A DNA stretch of 63,558 bases, the filler included, from Candidatus Tectimicrobiota bacterium (GTDB lineage Bacteria; JACPSX01), in NCBI GenBank assembly GCA_016193065.1. It is 9 parts of 9 records of this genome, joined end to end, with 100 filler letters (N's around TTAATTAATTAA, not from the genome) between each part and the next. Parts side by side here need not be neighbours in the genome. Positions count along the whole stretch, not along the records: positions 21,858 to 32,488 come from JACPSX010000036.1; positions 32,589 to 39,442 come from JACPSX010000168.1; 7 more parts are not named here. One strand, 5' to 3'. A program made the position numbers and the translations under genes. A model generated the notes under the pieces. That model saw nothing but the letters and a program-made list of their open reading frames with translations, ran no database searches and had not been told where the DNA came from. This document shows positions 28,810 to 38,129 of the stretch, piece by piece (position 1 is the stretch's first letter; every line of letters begins with the position of its first letter).

Positions 28810-30255
28810 TTAACTCCCCTGCACCACGTTGCCCCCCGCGGACTTTGCCGCGGAGACTCGCTTCAGGGCGACTTTCAGAAGCTCCGACATGGCGCAGATG
28901 CCGTTGGGGTAGCTGGCCACGCCCACGCTCACCGTGGTGTGGACGTCCCGGTGGAGGGCAGGGAGCAGCGATTCCTCGAACAGCTTTCGGATCTTTTCTC
29001 CTGTGAGCAGGCCCTGTTCCAGGGGGCACTTCTGTAGAATTAGAGCGAACCGGTCGGCCCCGAGCCGGGCCAGGGTGTCTTCGGGGCCGGTGAAGCTCTG
29101 CAAACGCCGCGCTACCTGGCGCAGGACTTCGTCCCCCACGGGGTAGCCCAGACGCTTGTTGATCTGGCAGAATTTGTCCAGGTCGACGATCAAGACGGAT
29201 ACTTCCTGACGCCGGTTCACGCTGGCCAGGGCGGCATCCAGGGATTCCTCAAAGGCGCGGTAGTTCGCCACTCCGGTGAGGCTGTCGCGAACGGCCAGAC
29301 GTTCCCACTTCTCGCGGATGAGGAAGTGGGCCAGCACGGTGCTCACCTGGGAGGCAACAAGACTGGCGACTTCTTGGTCGTAAGGGGTGAAATAGTTTGG
29401 GCAATCTCCCGTCAGACAGATCATTCCCAGAATTTCTTCCGGAGTACTCAGGGGAGCCCCCAGGAAGGAACGGGCTGCCAGCCGGGGCTCGCGGGGTGTG
29501 AACAGATGAACCGGGAATTCCCGGTCTTCCCTCAATTCCGGTAGGTAGAGGATCTGGTTGTGGCGGAGGACCCACCCGCATAGGCTCTGTTCCGGGACTA
29601 CCTCCAACTCCGCCTTAGCGGGGAGAGGAATTCCTTGGCTCCCCGCCAGGACCCAACGTTTGCCGGCAGGATCAGCCCAGATCACCGCACATCCCCGGTG
29701 GTTCACCAACTCCTGGGGCAGGGAGCACAACAAGGCGAGAAAGGCGGAACGGGAGCCTGCCTTTTGCGTTGACCTCGTGAACTCCCGCAGGGTCGAGACC
29801 TCAACCATCCGGGCCGTTTGCATCTGGCCGCGGCGGTCTTTCTCCACCATGCGGGCCAAGTGCTCGGCAAAATTCCCCAGAATCTTCTGGGTCTTGGGGG
29901 TGAAAACGTACTGTTTCTTGCTGTCGATGCACAGAACTCCCAGGACTTCCCTAGATTGGATGGGGACGGCGAGAAACGATTTGATTTCCTCATTGGTTCT
30001 GTACATCTGCAGGGTTGTGGTGTCGTGCTGGAAGTGAGTGGCGTGGAGAGGCTGGCGGTTCTGTGCAACCCAGCCGATCATCCCCTGCCCGACTGGGATG
30101 GAGACAGTTGGTATTACGTTTTCGCTTAAGCTGTGGTTAGCTTTCAGACGGAGGAGCCCGACTTCAGGATCCAAGAGAAAGATTGCGGTAGTGAAAGATT
30201 CCGTAACATTACTAATTAGTCTGACAAGGCTATCGAGATCTTCCTCCAACCCCAT
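28810..30255 (-). CDS. GAF-GAF-GGDEF protein with a degenerate active site (GADRF)
   Basis: Two GAF domains; DSLTGVAN, DLDKF, GDEVL, ARLGADRF. Confidence 0.88.
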   Translation of the reverse strand: MGLEEDLDSLVRLISNVTESFTTAIFLLDPEVGLLRLKANHSLSENVIPTVSIPVGQGMIGWVAQNRQPLHATHFQHDTTTLQMYRTNEEIKSFLAVPIQSREVLGVLCIDSKKQYVFTPKTQKILGNFAEHLARMVEKDRRGQMQTARMVEVSTLREFTRSTQKAGSRSAFLALLCSLPQELVNHRGCAVIWADPAGKRWVLAGSQGIPLPAKAELEVVPEQSLCGWVLRHNQILYLPELREDREFPVHLFTPREPRLAARSFLGAPLSTPEEILGMICLTGDCPNYFTPYDQEVASLVASQVSTVLAHFLIREKWERLAVRDSLTGVANYRAFEESLDAALASVNRRQEVSVLIVDLDKFCQINKRLGYPVGDEVLRQVARRLQSFTGPEDTLARLGADRFALILQKCPLEQGLLTGEKIRKLFEESLLPALHRDVHTTVSVGVASYPNGICAMSELLKVALKRVSAAKSAGGNVVQGS

Positions 30256-30431
30256 GCACCTTTTAGTCGTATCTTCTAAGTGCTCGATTTGCGGAGTGAA
30301 AAGGCCCCCAAGGCGGCGCTACGCTAACATAGGGCCTGAGGAAATACAAGGGAAAATTTCCCCTCAAAAAACCTCGCCGTCTGCCTCAGCGATGGGATAA
30401 TCTTTCTCCTGCCGGGAAGTTGCCACGGAGG

Positions 30432-30797
30432 TTATTCCTTGCCTTCCTCCGTTTTGATCTTCAGTCTCTTGAGCCAAGCCTGCTCATCAAAGTGCTGGAT
30501 GCAATGCTCTTCAAAGGCAATTTCCAGGGGTGTTAGCTTTCTCCCGTCGATGTGCTGTGCGCCGGTAGAAGAGGATTTCGCGGGGACTCCTTTCCCGTAG
30601 GCCTCTCGAACCTCGTCCACCTGGATGCCCGTGCTGCGAACTCTGAGCATGAGGACCAGACATGTATTATCCGTACCCAGCTTTTCCCGGGCAAAATTGG
30701 CCAGGGCCTTTCTTACGTGCTCCGATTTCGTGATAGCCTCGGAAATGGCGCGAGACAAATCCTCCAGCTCCTTGGAAGTTTTTCCCTCTTCGTACAT
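30432..30797 (-). CDS. Hypothetical protein
   Basis: ATG with a purine-rich RBS; TTGACA-18-TATATT promoter at about 30870-30899. Confidence 0.7.
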   Translation of the reverse strand: MYEEGKTSKELEDLSRAISEAITKSEHVRKALANFAREKLGTDNTCLVLMLRVRSTGIQVDEVREAYGKGVPAKSSSTGAQHIDGRKLTPLEIAFEEHCIQHFDEQAWLKRLKIKTEEGKE

Positions 30798-30932
30798 CGT
30801 TACGAACCCCCTTTCCGAGAACGGCTTTGAAAGGTCAGTCCTGGGCTCTGTGCTTTGAACGTCTGATTCAATATAGGTGAAGTTCCAAATGCCTGTCAAC
30901 TGGCAATTCGTTGAAAACGTCTGAGTTGCTTC

Positions 30933-31409
30933 TTACTCCCCGGACTTTAGTTTGGATTCGTAGAGCCCCCCCACGGAGTCCGTAATTTGCCGCAGACAGG
31001 TCCGGTAATGAGAGATCGGCTTGCCAATGGGGTCGGGGATCTCAACTAGGTGACCGCGGGGAGAAAAGGAACCGAGCAGGAAGGTCTTGGCTGAGGCCGT
31101 GGAGGCTAGGTTCAGAATCTCGTCCACCTGCCAGGTTTCCATCACCAGAATCAGGCTGGCCCGCTGGATTAATCTGCTATCCAGTTGCCGTGCTTTATGT
31201 GCGGAAATGTCTATGCCCGCCTCAGCGCAAACCGCAAGGGCTTCGATGGTAGGACCACTTCCGACTGGAGCATGGGTCCCCGCTGATTTGACGACCATGG
31301 GAAAGGAACCCATGTCGTCCAGGAGTTTTTGCATGGCCCCTGCCGCCATCGGGCTGCGGCACAGGTTTCCCGTGCAGACAAACAGGAGAGTGAAGTGGCC
31401 CCGCATCAT
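30933..31409 (-). CDS. Low-molecular-weight protein tyrosine/arginine phosphatase
   Basis: VCTGNLCRS P-loop, SAGT, IPDPIG. Confidence 0.93.
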   Translation of the reverse strand: MMRGHFTLLFVCTGNLCRSPMAAGAMQKLLDDMGSFPMVVKSAGTHAPVGSGPTIEALAVCAEAGIDISAHKARQLDSRLIQRASLILVMETWQVDEILNLASTASAKTFLLGSFSPRGHLVEIPDPIGKPISHYRTCLRQITDSVGGLYESKLKSGE

Positions 31410-32413
31410 CGGACCTTGGGACCGAAAAAGTGCTGCAGGCAAAGCCCCATGTTCCCCACCAGATCAGGCTCCGCGTTCATGATAAAAAGGCGATCCCCCC
31501 ATTGGAAAACGTCTCCGCCCGGCAGGCGCACCGGTTCCGGAGTCCCAGCCGTCAGGTGAGGCTTGGTGGAGAGAACATCGGCAAACATGGGCAGGATCTT
31601 GTCCTCCATCCGCAACTGGGTATCCTCCAGGAAAATACCCAGGTCTGGGTCTAAGTCCCCAATCCGGTCTAGAAAAGCAGATATCTCTCCGCTCTCCACC
31701 TGTTTGGGGGGAGAGGACTTCACTTCCACATAGATGGTCTTATTTTCGGCAAGGGCCAGGACGTCATAATCCCCGCCGTGGGCGGTTCCTTGCAGGCTCA
31801 GTCCCCAGCTACTGGGAGTGTAGAATTCCCTCGCTAAGACCTGGGCGACAAACCACTCCAGAGTGTCTCCGAAACTGTAAACTTCGTCCAGGGCTAACTG
31901 GAAAGTCTGGTTTCCTAAATCGGTAATAACCTGGTATTCCTGGAGCACTTCCAAATAGGACGCTGCTGTCTCGGCCGAGCAGTAGCGGAGAAGATCTTTG
32001 AGCCCAAACCGTGTTTTGTTCTTAATCACGTCCCGGAGGAATAACCGGAAGGAGTACTTCTTCAGGCAGTCATAGAAGCGATCTTGACCCGTTCGGTCGG
32101 GAGCTTTGGGTAGCAAGAGATGTTCCGTCGGATTGAGTCGTTTACAAAGCAATCCCCGCCGTGCCAGGTACCCGGCAATGGGATCCTGGTGGGGCAAGAG
32201 GCTGCGAATCCACTCGATCTCCTGCTTGAGATTGGTGATCTGGCGGCTCGCATCATCGGGGCTGGGCTGCCGCCTTCTTGGGATCCTTTTGGGCAAGCTT
32301 GCCAAGGGGGTGGATTCCTCCAGAGCGCAGTTCAGGTCCAGGTTAACAGAGCCTCTGGAGACCGTCAAGGATGGGGAACGGAAGGTCCCTGTCCGGTGGC
32401 CAAGAATGAACAA
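31406..32413 (-). CDS. Hypothetical protein with a C-terminal PD-(D/E)xK nuclease-like domain; start uncertain
   Basis: LEWFVA...GGDYDVL...YVEVKS motif spacing. Confidence 0.65.
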   Translation of the reverse strand: MFILGHRTGTFRSPSLTVSRGSVNLDLNCALEESTPLASLPKRIPRRRQPSPDDASRQITNLKQEIEWIRSLLPHQDPIAGYLARRGLLCKRLNPTEHLLLPKAPDRTGQDRFYDCLKKYSFRLFLRDVIKNKTRFGLKDLLRYCSAETAASYLEVLQEYQVITDLGNQTFQLALDEVYSFGDTLEWFVAQVLAREFYTPSSWGLSLQGTAHGGDYDVLALAENKTIYVEVKSSPPKQVESGEISAFLDRIGDLDPDLGIFLEDTQLRMEDKILPMFADVLSTKPHLTAGTPEPVRLPGGDVFQWGDRLFIMNAEPDLVGNMGLCLQHFFGPKVR

Positions 32414-32588
32414 TGAGCCGGAAACTCCTTGCCCATCCCCATCAGTTTTTGCTGTTCCAACGGAAAGGGGCCTCCTCCCGCCCTTCGCNNNNNNNNNNNN
32501 NNNNNNNNNNNNNNNNNNNNNNNNNNNNNNNNTTAATTAATTAANNNNNNNNNNNNNNNNNNNNNNNNNNNNNNNNNNNNNNNNNNNN

Positions 32589-32752
32589 CCGGGAGCAGCG
32601 GGGGAACCCACCGAGGCCCGCGCCGGATGAAAGCCGGAACTGACCGCAGGGAATTCCGGAAGGTTCGTCCGAGCGCGGGCCCGTAAGGGTCCGCTGCGGG
32701 AGGCGTGGAGCGAAGGGTGGCAGGGCAGCCTCACCACTATAGTCTCGCAAAA
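32589..32752. mobile_element. Long imperfect-hairpin repeat (MITE-like), second copy
   Basis: Stems GCAGCGG/CCGCTGC, GGCCCGCGC/GCGCGGGCC, CGGATGAA/TTCGTCCG, CCGGAA/TTCCGG. Confidence 0.6.
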
Positions 32753-32781
32753 GTGGGGGTGGGCAAGTCGGTGGGCTCCCA

Positions 32782-32868
32782 CCTGTCTGCGCCTGCCTGC
32801 CCCGCTGGGGCGGTAGGCAGGTGCGGACCTGTCTGCCGTGTCGGCACAGGCAGGCACGCACAGGCAGG
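32782..32868. repeat. Nested CCTG(C/T)CTGC...GGCAGG micro-palindromes: two inside a third
   Basis: CCTGTCTGCG[32792-32821]TGCGGA[32828-32854]CACGCACAGGCAGG; the inner 30-mer is identical to 43121-43150. Confidence 0.85.
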
Positions 32869-33056
32869 CGCAGGGGTGCCCCTACATAAGGAAAACTGAC
32901 ACCGGCAAGTGCCGGGCGGGGCTTGACACGTGGCGGGCTTTGTCCTTAGCATGGAGACATGCGGAGCTGTGGGCTTTTTGATCGGGGTGGAGATGAAAGC
33001 TCAATCCCGCCGGTGAATCCGGAACTCCTGTGGACGAGGAAAGAGGTGCATACCAG

Positions 33057-33588
33057 ATGATGAAAAAAAACTGCGTTGCCGGTCCGCAGATGCTGCGGAC
33101 CGGCGTGGGTGGTTTCCTGCTCCTGCTGTTTTCCACTGCGGTTTTCTTCCCCATGACAGTTGCCGAACTTCAGCTTTGAGAATTTTGTCCGGGAAGAGGG
33201 GAAAAACCGCACCGAAGGACATCGCTTCCGGTACCAGTGGGCCAATACGGGCACCCAGCCCATCGTTGCCTTCGAGGTGGTGACACTCCTGTACGACCCC
33301 TTCGATGAGCCGCTGCCGGGCTTCCGCCGCACCGTAGGGGGCCACAACCGGGGCGATTTTTCTCCGCTGGTTCCCGGAGAAAGCAGCCAGGACGTGGTTA
33401 CAGGGCCGGGGCATTCCCATATCTACACGGCCATCTCGTACGTGAGGACCGTCCGCCTGAGCGACGGCCGGATCTGGCGGGTCAACGAATCGGTCCTGGC
33501 CCGGGAGCTTTTGCGCAGGGTTCCAAACCTGGAAAAGCTGGGGCCGCTGGTGCCGGAGAAGATCCAGGAGGGAGCCATAAAAAATTGA
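33057..33588 (+). pseudogene. Exported hypothetical protein with a frameshift near 33160
   Basis: The signal-peptide ORF (MMKKNC...FLLLLFSTAVFFP) with its RBS stops at about 33179; the mature domain continues in another frame to 33588. Confidence 0.55.
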
Positions 33589-33641
33589 CTTGTGTGGGGA
33601 ATCCGGTATATTCCCGGTTTATTTACTGTTGGGAATAAGAG

Positions 33642-34865
33642 ATGGATTACCCGAAACTGCGCAACGTGGAAGCCTTCCCGGTAAACCTGAACGGCCAGCA
33701 TCTGGTGTGCTTGCGGGACCCTTACAACTTCAGCGAGAAATTACTCTTCCTTCCCCTTCCGGCCTTCTTCGTCGTGAGCCTCCTGGACGGGCAGCACTCG
33801 CTCCTGGACATTCAAGAGGCGTTCCTGCGCCGCTACGGCGAGATCCTGTTTGGAGAAAACATCGAGCAGCTCCTGAGAGAGTTGGAGGGGAACTTCCTGC
33901 TGGAAGGCCCGGTCTTTCAGCAACGGAAGCAGCAGGTGGAGGGAGAGTTCCGCTGCTCGAACCTGCGGCTGGCCTCCCATGCCGGCCAGAGCTATCCAGG
34001 TGATGCAGGAGAGATCCGCAAACAACTGGGAAGTTTTTTTACCGATCAGCGGGGGCCCGGCCTGCCGGGGCCGGCAACTCAGGAGCCTCCCCTGCGAGGC
34101 CTGATTTCCCCGCACATCGACCTGCGTAGCGGCGGGCCCTGTTATGCCTGGGGCTACCGCCGGATGGCCGAGCACCGATCCACCGACCTCTTCGTGATTC
34201 TGGGCACAGGCCACTCTCTCTCTTTCCCCTTTGCTCTGACCCGCAAGGATTTTGAGAGCCCCCTGGGAGTCGCGGAGACCGACCAAGCCTTTGTGGACCG
34301 GCTGGCGGAATCCGGCGGGGAAAATCTATTTGCCGGGGAATTTGTCCACCGGGCGGAACATACGATCGAATTTCAGCTCCTCTTCTTGCAGTACTTGTTC
34401 GGGGGGCGGGACAGGTTTCGAATCGTTCCTATCTTGTGCGGGAGTTTTCATTCCTTCCTGGATTCGTCCCAGTCTCCCGGCTCCGATCCTGCGGTCGGCC
34501 GCTTCCTCGGTGCCCTGGCCCGTGAGGTTGCGAACTACTCGGGGAAGGTCTGTGTGATTGCCAGCGCCGATTTGAGCCATGTGGGGCCCAGGTACGGCGA
34601 TCTCGAGCCGCCTTCGCCCAGGTTTCTGGAGGAAGTGGAAAGAGAGGATAGACGGTTGCTCGCCAGGGCCGAGCAGGGGGATGCCGAAGGCTTCTTTGAT
34701 TGTACGCGTCAGGTTCAGGACCGCTACCGGGTGTGCGGAGTTTCGGCCATCTACTCGATGCTCAAAGTTCTGGGAGAGGTTCGGGGGAGGCTTTTGCGGT
34801 ATGACCGCAGTGCGGTGGATCAGGAAAATTCCACGGTTTCCTATGCCAGCATGGCTTTCGACTAG
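33642..34865 (+). CDS. amrB: AmmeMemoRadiSam system protein B (MEMO1 family) with an N-terminal extension
   Basis: SHAGQSYP, PHID, EHTIEFQL, ASADLSHVG, VCG, VSYASM. Confidence 0.9.
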   Translation: MDYPKLRNVEAFPVNLNGQHLVCLRDPYNFSEKLLFLPLPAFFVVSLLDGQHSLLDIQEAFLRRYGEILFGENIEQLLRELEGNFLLEGPVFQQRKQQVEGEFRCSNLRLASHAGQSYPGDAGEIRKQLGSFFTDQRGPGLPGPATQEPPLRGLISPHIDLRSGGPCYAWGYRRMAEHRSTDLFVILGTGHSLSFPFALTRKDFESPLGVAETDQAFVDRLAESGGENLFAGEFVHRAEHTIEFQLLFLQYLFGGRDRFRIVPILCGSFHSFLDSSQSPGSDPAVGRFLGALAREVANYSGKVCVIASADLSHVGPRYGDLEPPSPRFLEEVEREDRRLLARAEQGDAEGFFDCTRQVQDRYRVCGVSAIYSMLKVLGEVRGRLLRYDRSAVDQENSTVSYASMAFD

Positions 34866-34869
34866 TTTC

Positions 34870-35076
34870 TTAGAAGATCGCCGCGGCCACGATGAGCCCG
34901 ATGGCCACGAAGGCCCCGGCCACGAAGATACCGACGGCGGTATTGTTCTCCTCGGCCAGCTTTTTGTCGATGTCGAAGGGGACGACCATGCTGAGCACCT
35001 TGTAGGCAATGACCAGAATGACGATTCCCAGGAAGCTGTAGAACAGGCTTCCAAAGACTTTGAAGAGAGCGTTCAC
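34870..35076 (-). CDS. DUF350 family small membrane protein
   Basis: Two TM helices with an ENNTAVGI linker; AGGAG before GTG. Confidence 0.85.
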   Translation of the reverse strand: MNALFKVFGSLFYSFLGIVILVIAYKVLSMVVPFDIDKKLAEENNTAVGIFVAGAFVAIGLIVAAAIF

Positions 35077-35201
35077 AAGTGCACTCCTGTAAGGGCTGGA
35101 TACGGGAATTTGCCTGGAGGGCAATTCCGAGCTCGAGGCAGGCTCACACTACCATGCCTGCTCCGATTTATCAAGTCAGGGCGTTTTTCTCGTGTTTTTA
35201 C

Positions 35202-35292
35202 TTGACAGGGGGGAAAAAGATTGTATATTTGCACCGAAAAATTGGGGCCTGGGAGGAAGCCTTTCAAAAACTAAAGTTTAGAGGCAACCAGG
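35202..35292 (+). promoter_or_regulatory. Promoter (TTGACA-16-TATATT) followed by a leader stem-loop upstream of speD
   Basis: CCTGG/CCAGG, GCCT/AGGC and AAAC/GTTT stems closing a TAAA loop. Confidence 0.55.
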
Positions 35293-35445
35293 ACGATATA
35301 AAGCGAAAATGATTCGGTAGGGTGTTATGGAAGGGTTTGGCCTAGAGATGGCTGAGGTTGTCAGGGTAGATCGGAGGAAGGGGCTCTTCTCCTGGACAGG
35401 AGAAGGGTAGGGCTGCGTCTAACTCACTGGAGGGAAGCAAAGAAG

Positions 35446-35871
35446 ATGATGGGATTCGGACAGCACCTGATGCTCGACGGTTATGGAGGAAACCGAGAGA
35501 AGTTAGCCGACCTGGACCTGATCTACAGCTTTCTGGATACCTACCCCAAAGCGATGAAGATGACCAAGATCATGCCCCCCTACGTATTCAAGTACAGCGG
35601 CCGCAAACCGGAAGATTGGGGCCTCTCGGGGGTCGTGCTCATCGCCGAAAGTCACATCAGCATCCACACCTTCCCGGATAAAGAGTTTTTGAGCCTCGAC
35701 ATGTTCTCCTGCAAGATGTTCAATACGGAGAGGGCGATTTACCACGTAAAGAAGCTGTTCGAGGTCAAGAAAGCAGAAATCAGCCTGCTCGATCGAGGTC
35801 TGGAATTCCCCAAGGACATCATGAAGGCCAAGGAAATCGTGTTCAAGGAACGCCTAAGCATGGCCGGGTAA
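35446..35871 (+). CDS. speD: Pyruvoyl-dependent SAM decarboxylase family proenzyme
   Basis: GQHLMLD, IAESHISIHTFP self-cleavage motif, DMFSC. Confidence 0.92.
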   Translation: MMGFGQHLMLDGYGGNREKLADLDLIYSFLDTYPKAMKMTKIMPPYVFKYSGRKPEDWGLSGVVLIAESHISIHTFPDKEFLSLDMFSCKMFNTERAIYHVKKLFEVKKAEISLLDRGLEFPKDIMKAKEIVFKERLSMAG

Positions 35872-36056
35872 TATTATGCCATAACCAGTCTGCATGCGGA
35901 GAAGCCCAGGCAGTGTGGCCCTCTCAGTGACTTGCGGCCTCGTCACCGGGGTGAGGACAGCTTACCCTCGGGGCCAAAAATTCGGTAAAATAGCGGAGGA
36001 ATTGTATCCCTTATCGAGGCGTTCCCTCTGCAGGACTTGAAGTCTCTTTGAGAGAC

Positions 36057-36947
36057 ATGTTCCGGGAAAATCTGTTTACCCCAAACAATTTCCTGGCTCT
36101 TCCCTCTGAATTTTGCGGTTTCGAGAGGGCAAGGGTCGTGATCGTCCCCGTTCCCTATGATTCCACGACCTCCTATCAGGCCGGGGCCCGGCTTGGCCCC
36201 AGGGCCATTGTGGAGGCCTCCCGTCACCTGGAACTTTACGATGAGGAGGAGGGGACCGAGCCCTACCGGGTGGGGATCCATACCCTCCCGGAGCTGGAGC
36301 CCGTGCTGGACTCTCCGGAGGCCATGGCGGCCCGGGTGGAGACGGTGGTGGGGGAGTTGCTGGACCGGCAAAAACTGGTGGTCGTGCTGGGGGGCGAGCA
36401 TTCCGTCTCGGTGGGGGCCGTGAAGGCCTTCAGCAAGAGATTTCCGGAACTGAGCGTCCTGCAAATCGATGCCCACGCGGATCTGAGAGACTCCTACTGC
36501 GGGACCCGGTACAATCACGCCTCGACCATGCGCCGGATACTCGAACTGGTGCCGGCCGTTCAAGTGGGGATCCGCAGCCTTTCCCGGGAAGAGGCGGACC
36601 TGATCCGGGAGCGCAACCTTCCTGTTTATTTTTCTAAGGATCTTGTCGATAAGAGCGATTGGGAGGAGGAGGCAATTAATCGTTTGGGCCAGAACGTCTA
36701 CATTACCATTGATGTCGACGCCTTTGACCCGGCGATTATGCCGGCAACAGGAACCCCGGAGCCCGGAGGGTTATGGTGGCCGCAAGTGATTCAGTTTCTG
36801 CGCGCCGTGACTCTCCGCCGCAAGGTAGTAGGCTTTGATGTGACGGAATTGGCGCCTCTGGCGGGCCAGACAGCTCCGGATTTTCTCGTAGCGAAGTTGA
36901 TCTACCGGCTTATCGGGTTCGTCCTGGGTTCTTCCCCGAAACTGTAA
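36057..36947 (+). CDS. speB: Agmatinase
   Basis: GGEHS, DAHADL, TIDVDAFDP, GTPEPGG. Confidence 0.95.
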   Translation: MFRENLFTPNNFLALPSEFCGFERARVVIVPVPYDSTTSYQAGARLGPRAIVEASRHLELYDEEEGTEPYRVGIHTLPELEPVLDSPEAMAARVETVVGELLDRQKLVVVLGGEHSVSVGAVKAFSKRFPELSVLQIDAHADLRDSYCGTRYNHASTMRRILELVPAVQVGIRSLSREEADLIRERNLPVYFSKDLVDKSDWEEEAINRLGQNVYITIDVDAFDPAIMPATGTPEPGGLWWPQVIQFLRAVTLRRKVVGFDVTELAPLAGQTAPDFLVAKLIYRLIGFVLGSSPKL

Positions 36948-36965
36948 AGAGAAACGGAGAATCCT

Positions 36966-37364
36966 ATGACCAAAAAGGAGAGCAAGCACAGCCAGCAGAA
37001 AAAGATCTTGCTCGCTCGCCGGCAAAGTCTCATGGAAAAGTTGGTGCACAACAAGGAGACCGCGGACGATATGTCGGATCTCACCCGAGGGGACGACCTC
37101 GATCAGGCGGTCGCCACCCGGGACCGTGAAATGAATTATATGCTGACGAACCGGGAGCGTCTGGAGCTGAAAGCCATCGAGGCTGCCTTGGAGAGAATTG
37201 AAAACGGCACCTACGGGAAGTGCGAGGAGTGCGGCGAGGAGATCGAGCAAAAACGGCTGGAAATCCTGCCCTTCGCACGGTACTGCCGGGATTGTCAAAC
37301 GGAGATTGAAAACCGGTCGGGTCGCAAGGAGAATCCGGCTGAGCTGAAGAAGTGGCGGTACTAG
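36966..37364 (+). CDS. dksA: DksA/TraR C4 zinc-finger protein
   Basis: DDLDQA (DxxDxA), YGKCEECGEEI...RL...CRDC. Confidence 0.88.
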   Translation: MTKKESKHSQQKKILLARRQSLMEKLVHNKETADDMSDLTRGDDLDQAVATRDREMNYMLTNRERLELKAIEAALERIENGTYGKCEECGEEIEQKRLEILPFARYCRDCQTEIENRSGRKENPAELKKWRY

Positions 37365-37387
37365 AGAGAGGAGACTCGGAGGAGGTC

Positions 37388-37588
37388 ATGAAAGCCCGGA
37401 AAAACCGTTTTGGCCAGGATGACGGTGAGGAGTGGATTGACTGGCAAGCGAAGGAAGATGAAAATGAAGAGGAGGACGAAGAGTACGCCCGCCGACTCTT
37501 CAGAAAAGAGAAACGCCTCCGCAAGAGAAAAAAAGTTTCCGACCTGAAACAGGATGAGGAAGGGGTGGCTGAGGGAAGACAAGGATAA
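37388..37588 (+). CDS. Small highly charged hypothetical protein
   Basis: GGAGG RBS before ATG; an acidic block followed by a basic block. Confidence 0.55.
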   Translation: MKARKNRFGQDDGEEWIDWQAKEDENEEEDEEYARRLFRKEKRLRKRKKVSDLKQDEEGVAEGRQG

Positions 37589-37670
37589 CTCGAAGGCTTT
37601 CCGCCCCAAGAATTCTCCTGCACTGCACAAACGCCCGGTCCCGGCATTTTAGTGCCCGAAAACTCTCACT

Positions 37671-38084
37671 ATGCAAATGGAACCCCTCAGGGTGCGTGTA
37701 CGATACGCGGAGACGGATCAGATGGGGGTTGCCCACCACGCCGCCTACCTGGTCTGGTTTGAGGCTGCCAGGACCGAATATCTCAGATTTCTCGGCTTCT
37801 CCTACCGGCATCTTGAGGAAAGCGGCCTGTTTCTGCCCGTCGTTGAGTCACTGTGCCGCTACCGGGATCCGGTCACCTACGACGATGTCCTGAAGATCAC
37901 GGCCCGGCTCCAGGAATTACGCCGGGTGAGGATCACCCTCGCCTACCGAGCCTGCAAGGAAGACGATTCTTTGTCCGCCGAGGGATACACGGTCCATGCT
38001 CTGCTCAACCGGGAAGGAAAGCCGGTTTCCTTTCCCGCGGATCTGCGGGCAGCTCTGGCCGCTGCACTGGGATCGACAAAGTAA
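37671..38084 (+). CDS. Acyl-CoA thioesterase (YbgC/4HBT family)
   Basis: VRYAETDQMGVAHHAAYLVWFEAAR. Confidence 0.92.
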   Translation: MQMEPLRVRVRYAETDQMGVAHHAAYLVWFEAARTEYLRFLGFSYRHLEESGLFLPVVESLCRYRDPVTYDDVLKITARLQELRRVRITLAYRACKEDDSLSAEGYTVHALLNREGKPVSFPADLRAALAAALGSTK

Positions 38085-38129
38085 TTGCTTTACTTCAAGC
38101 GGGGAGATCCCGCCAGGGGAGGTCCGGAG

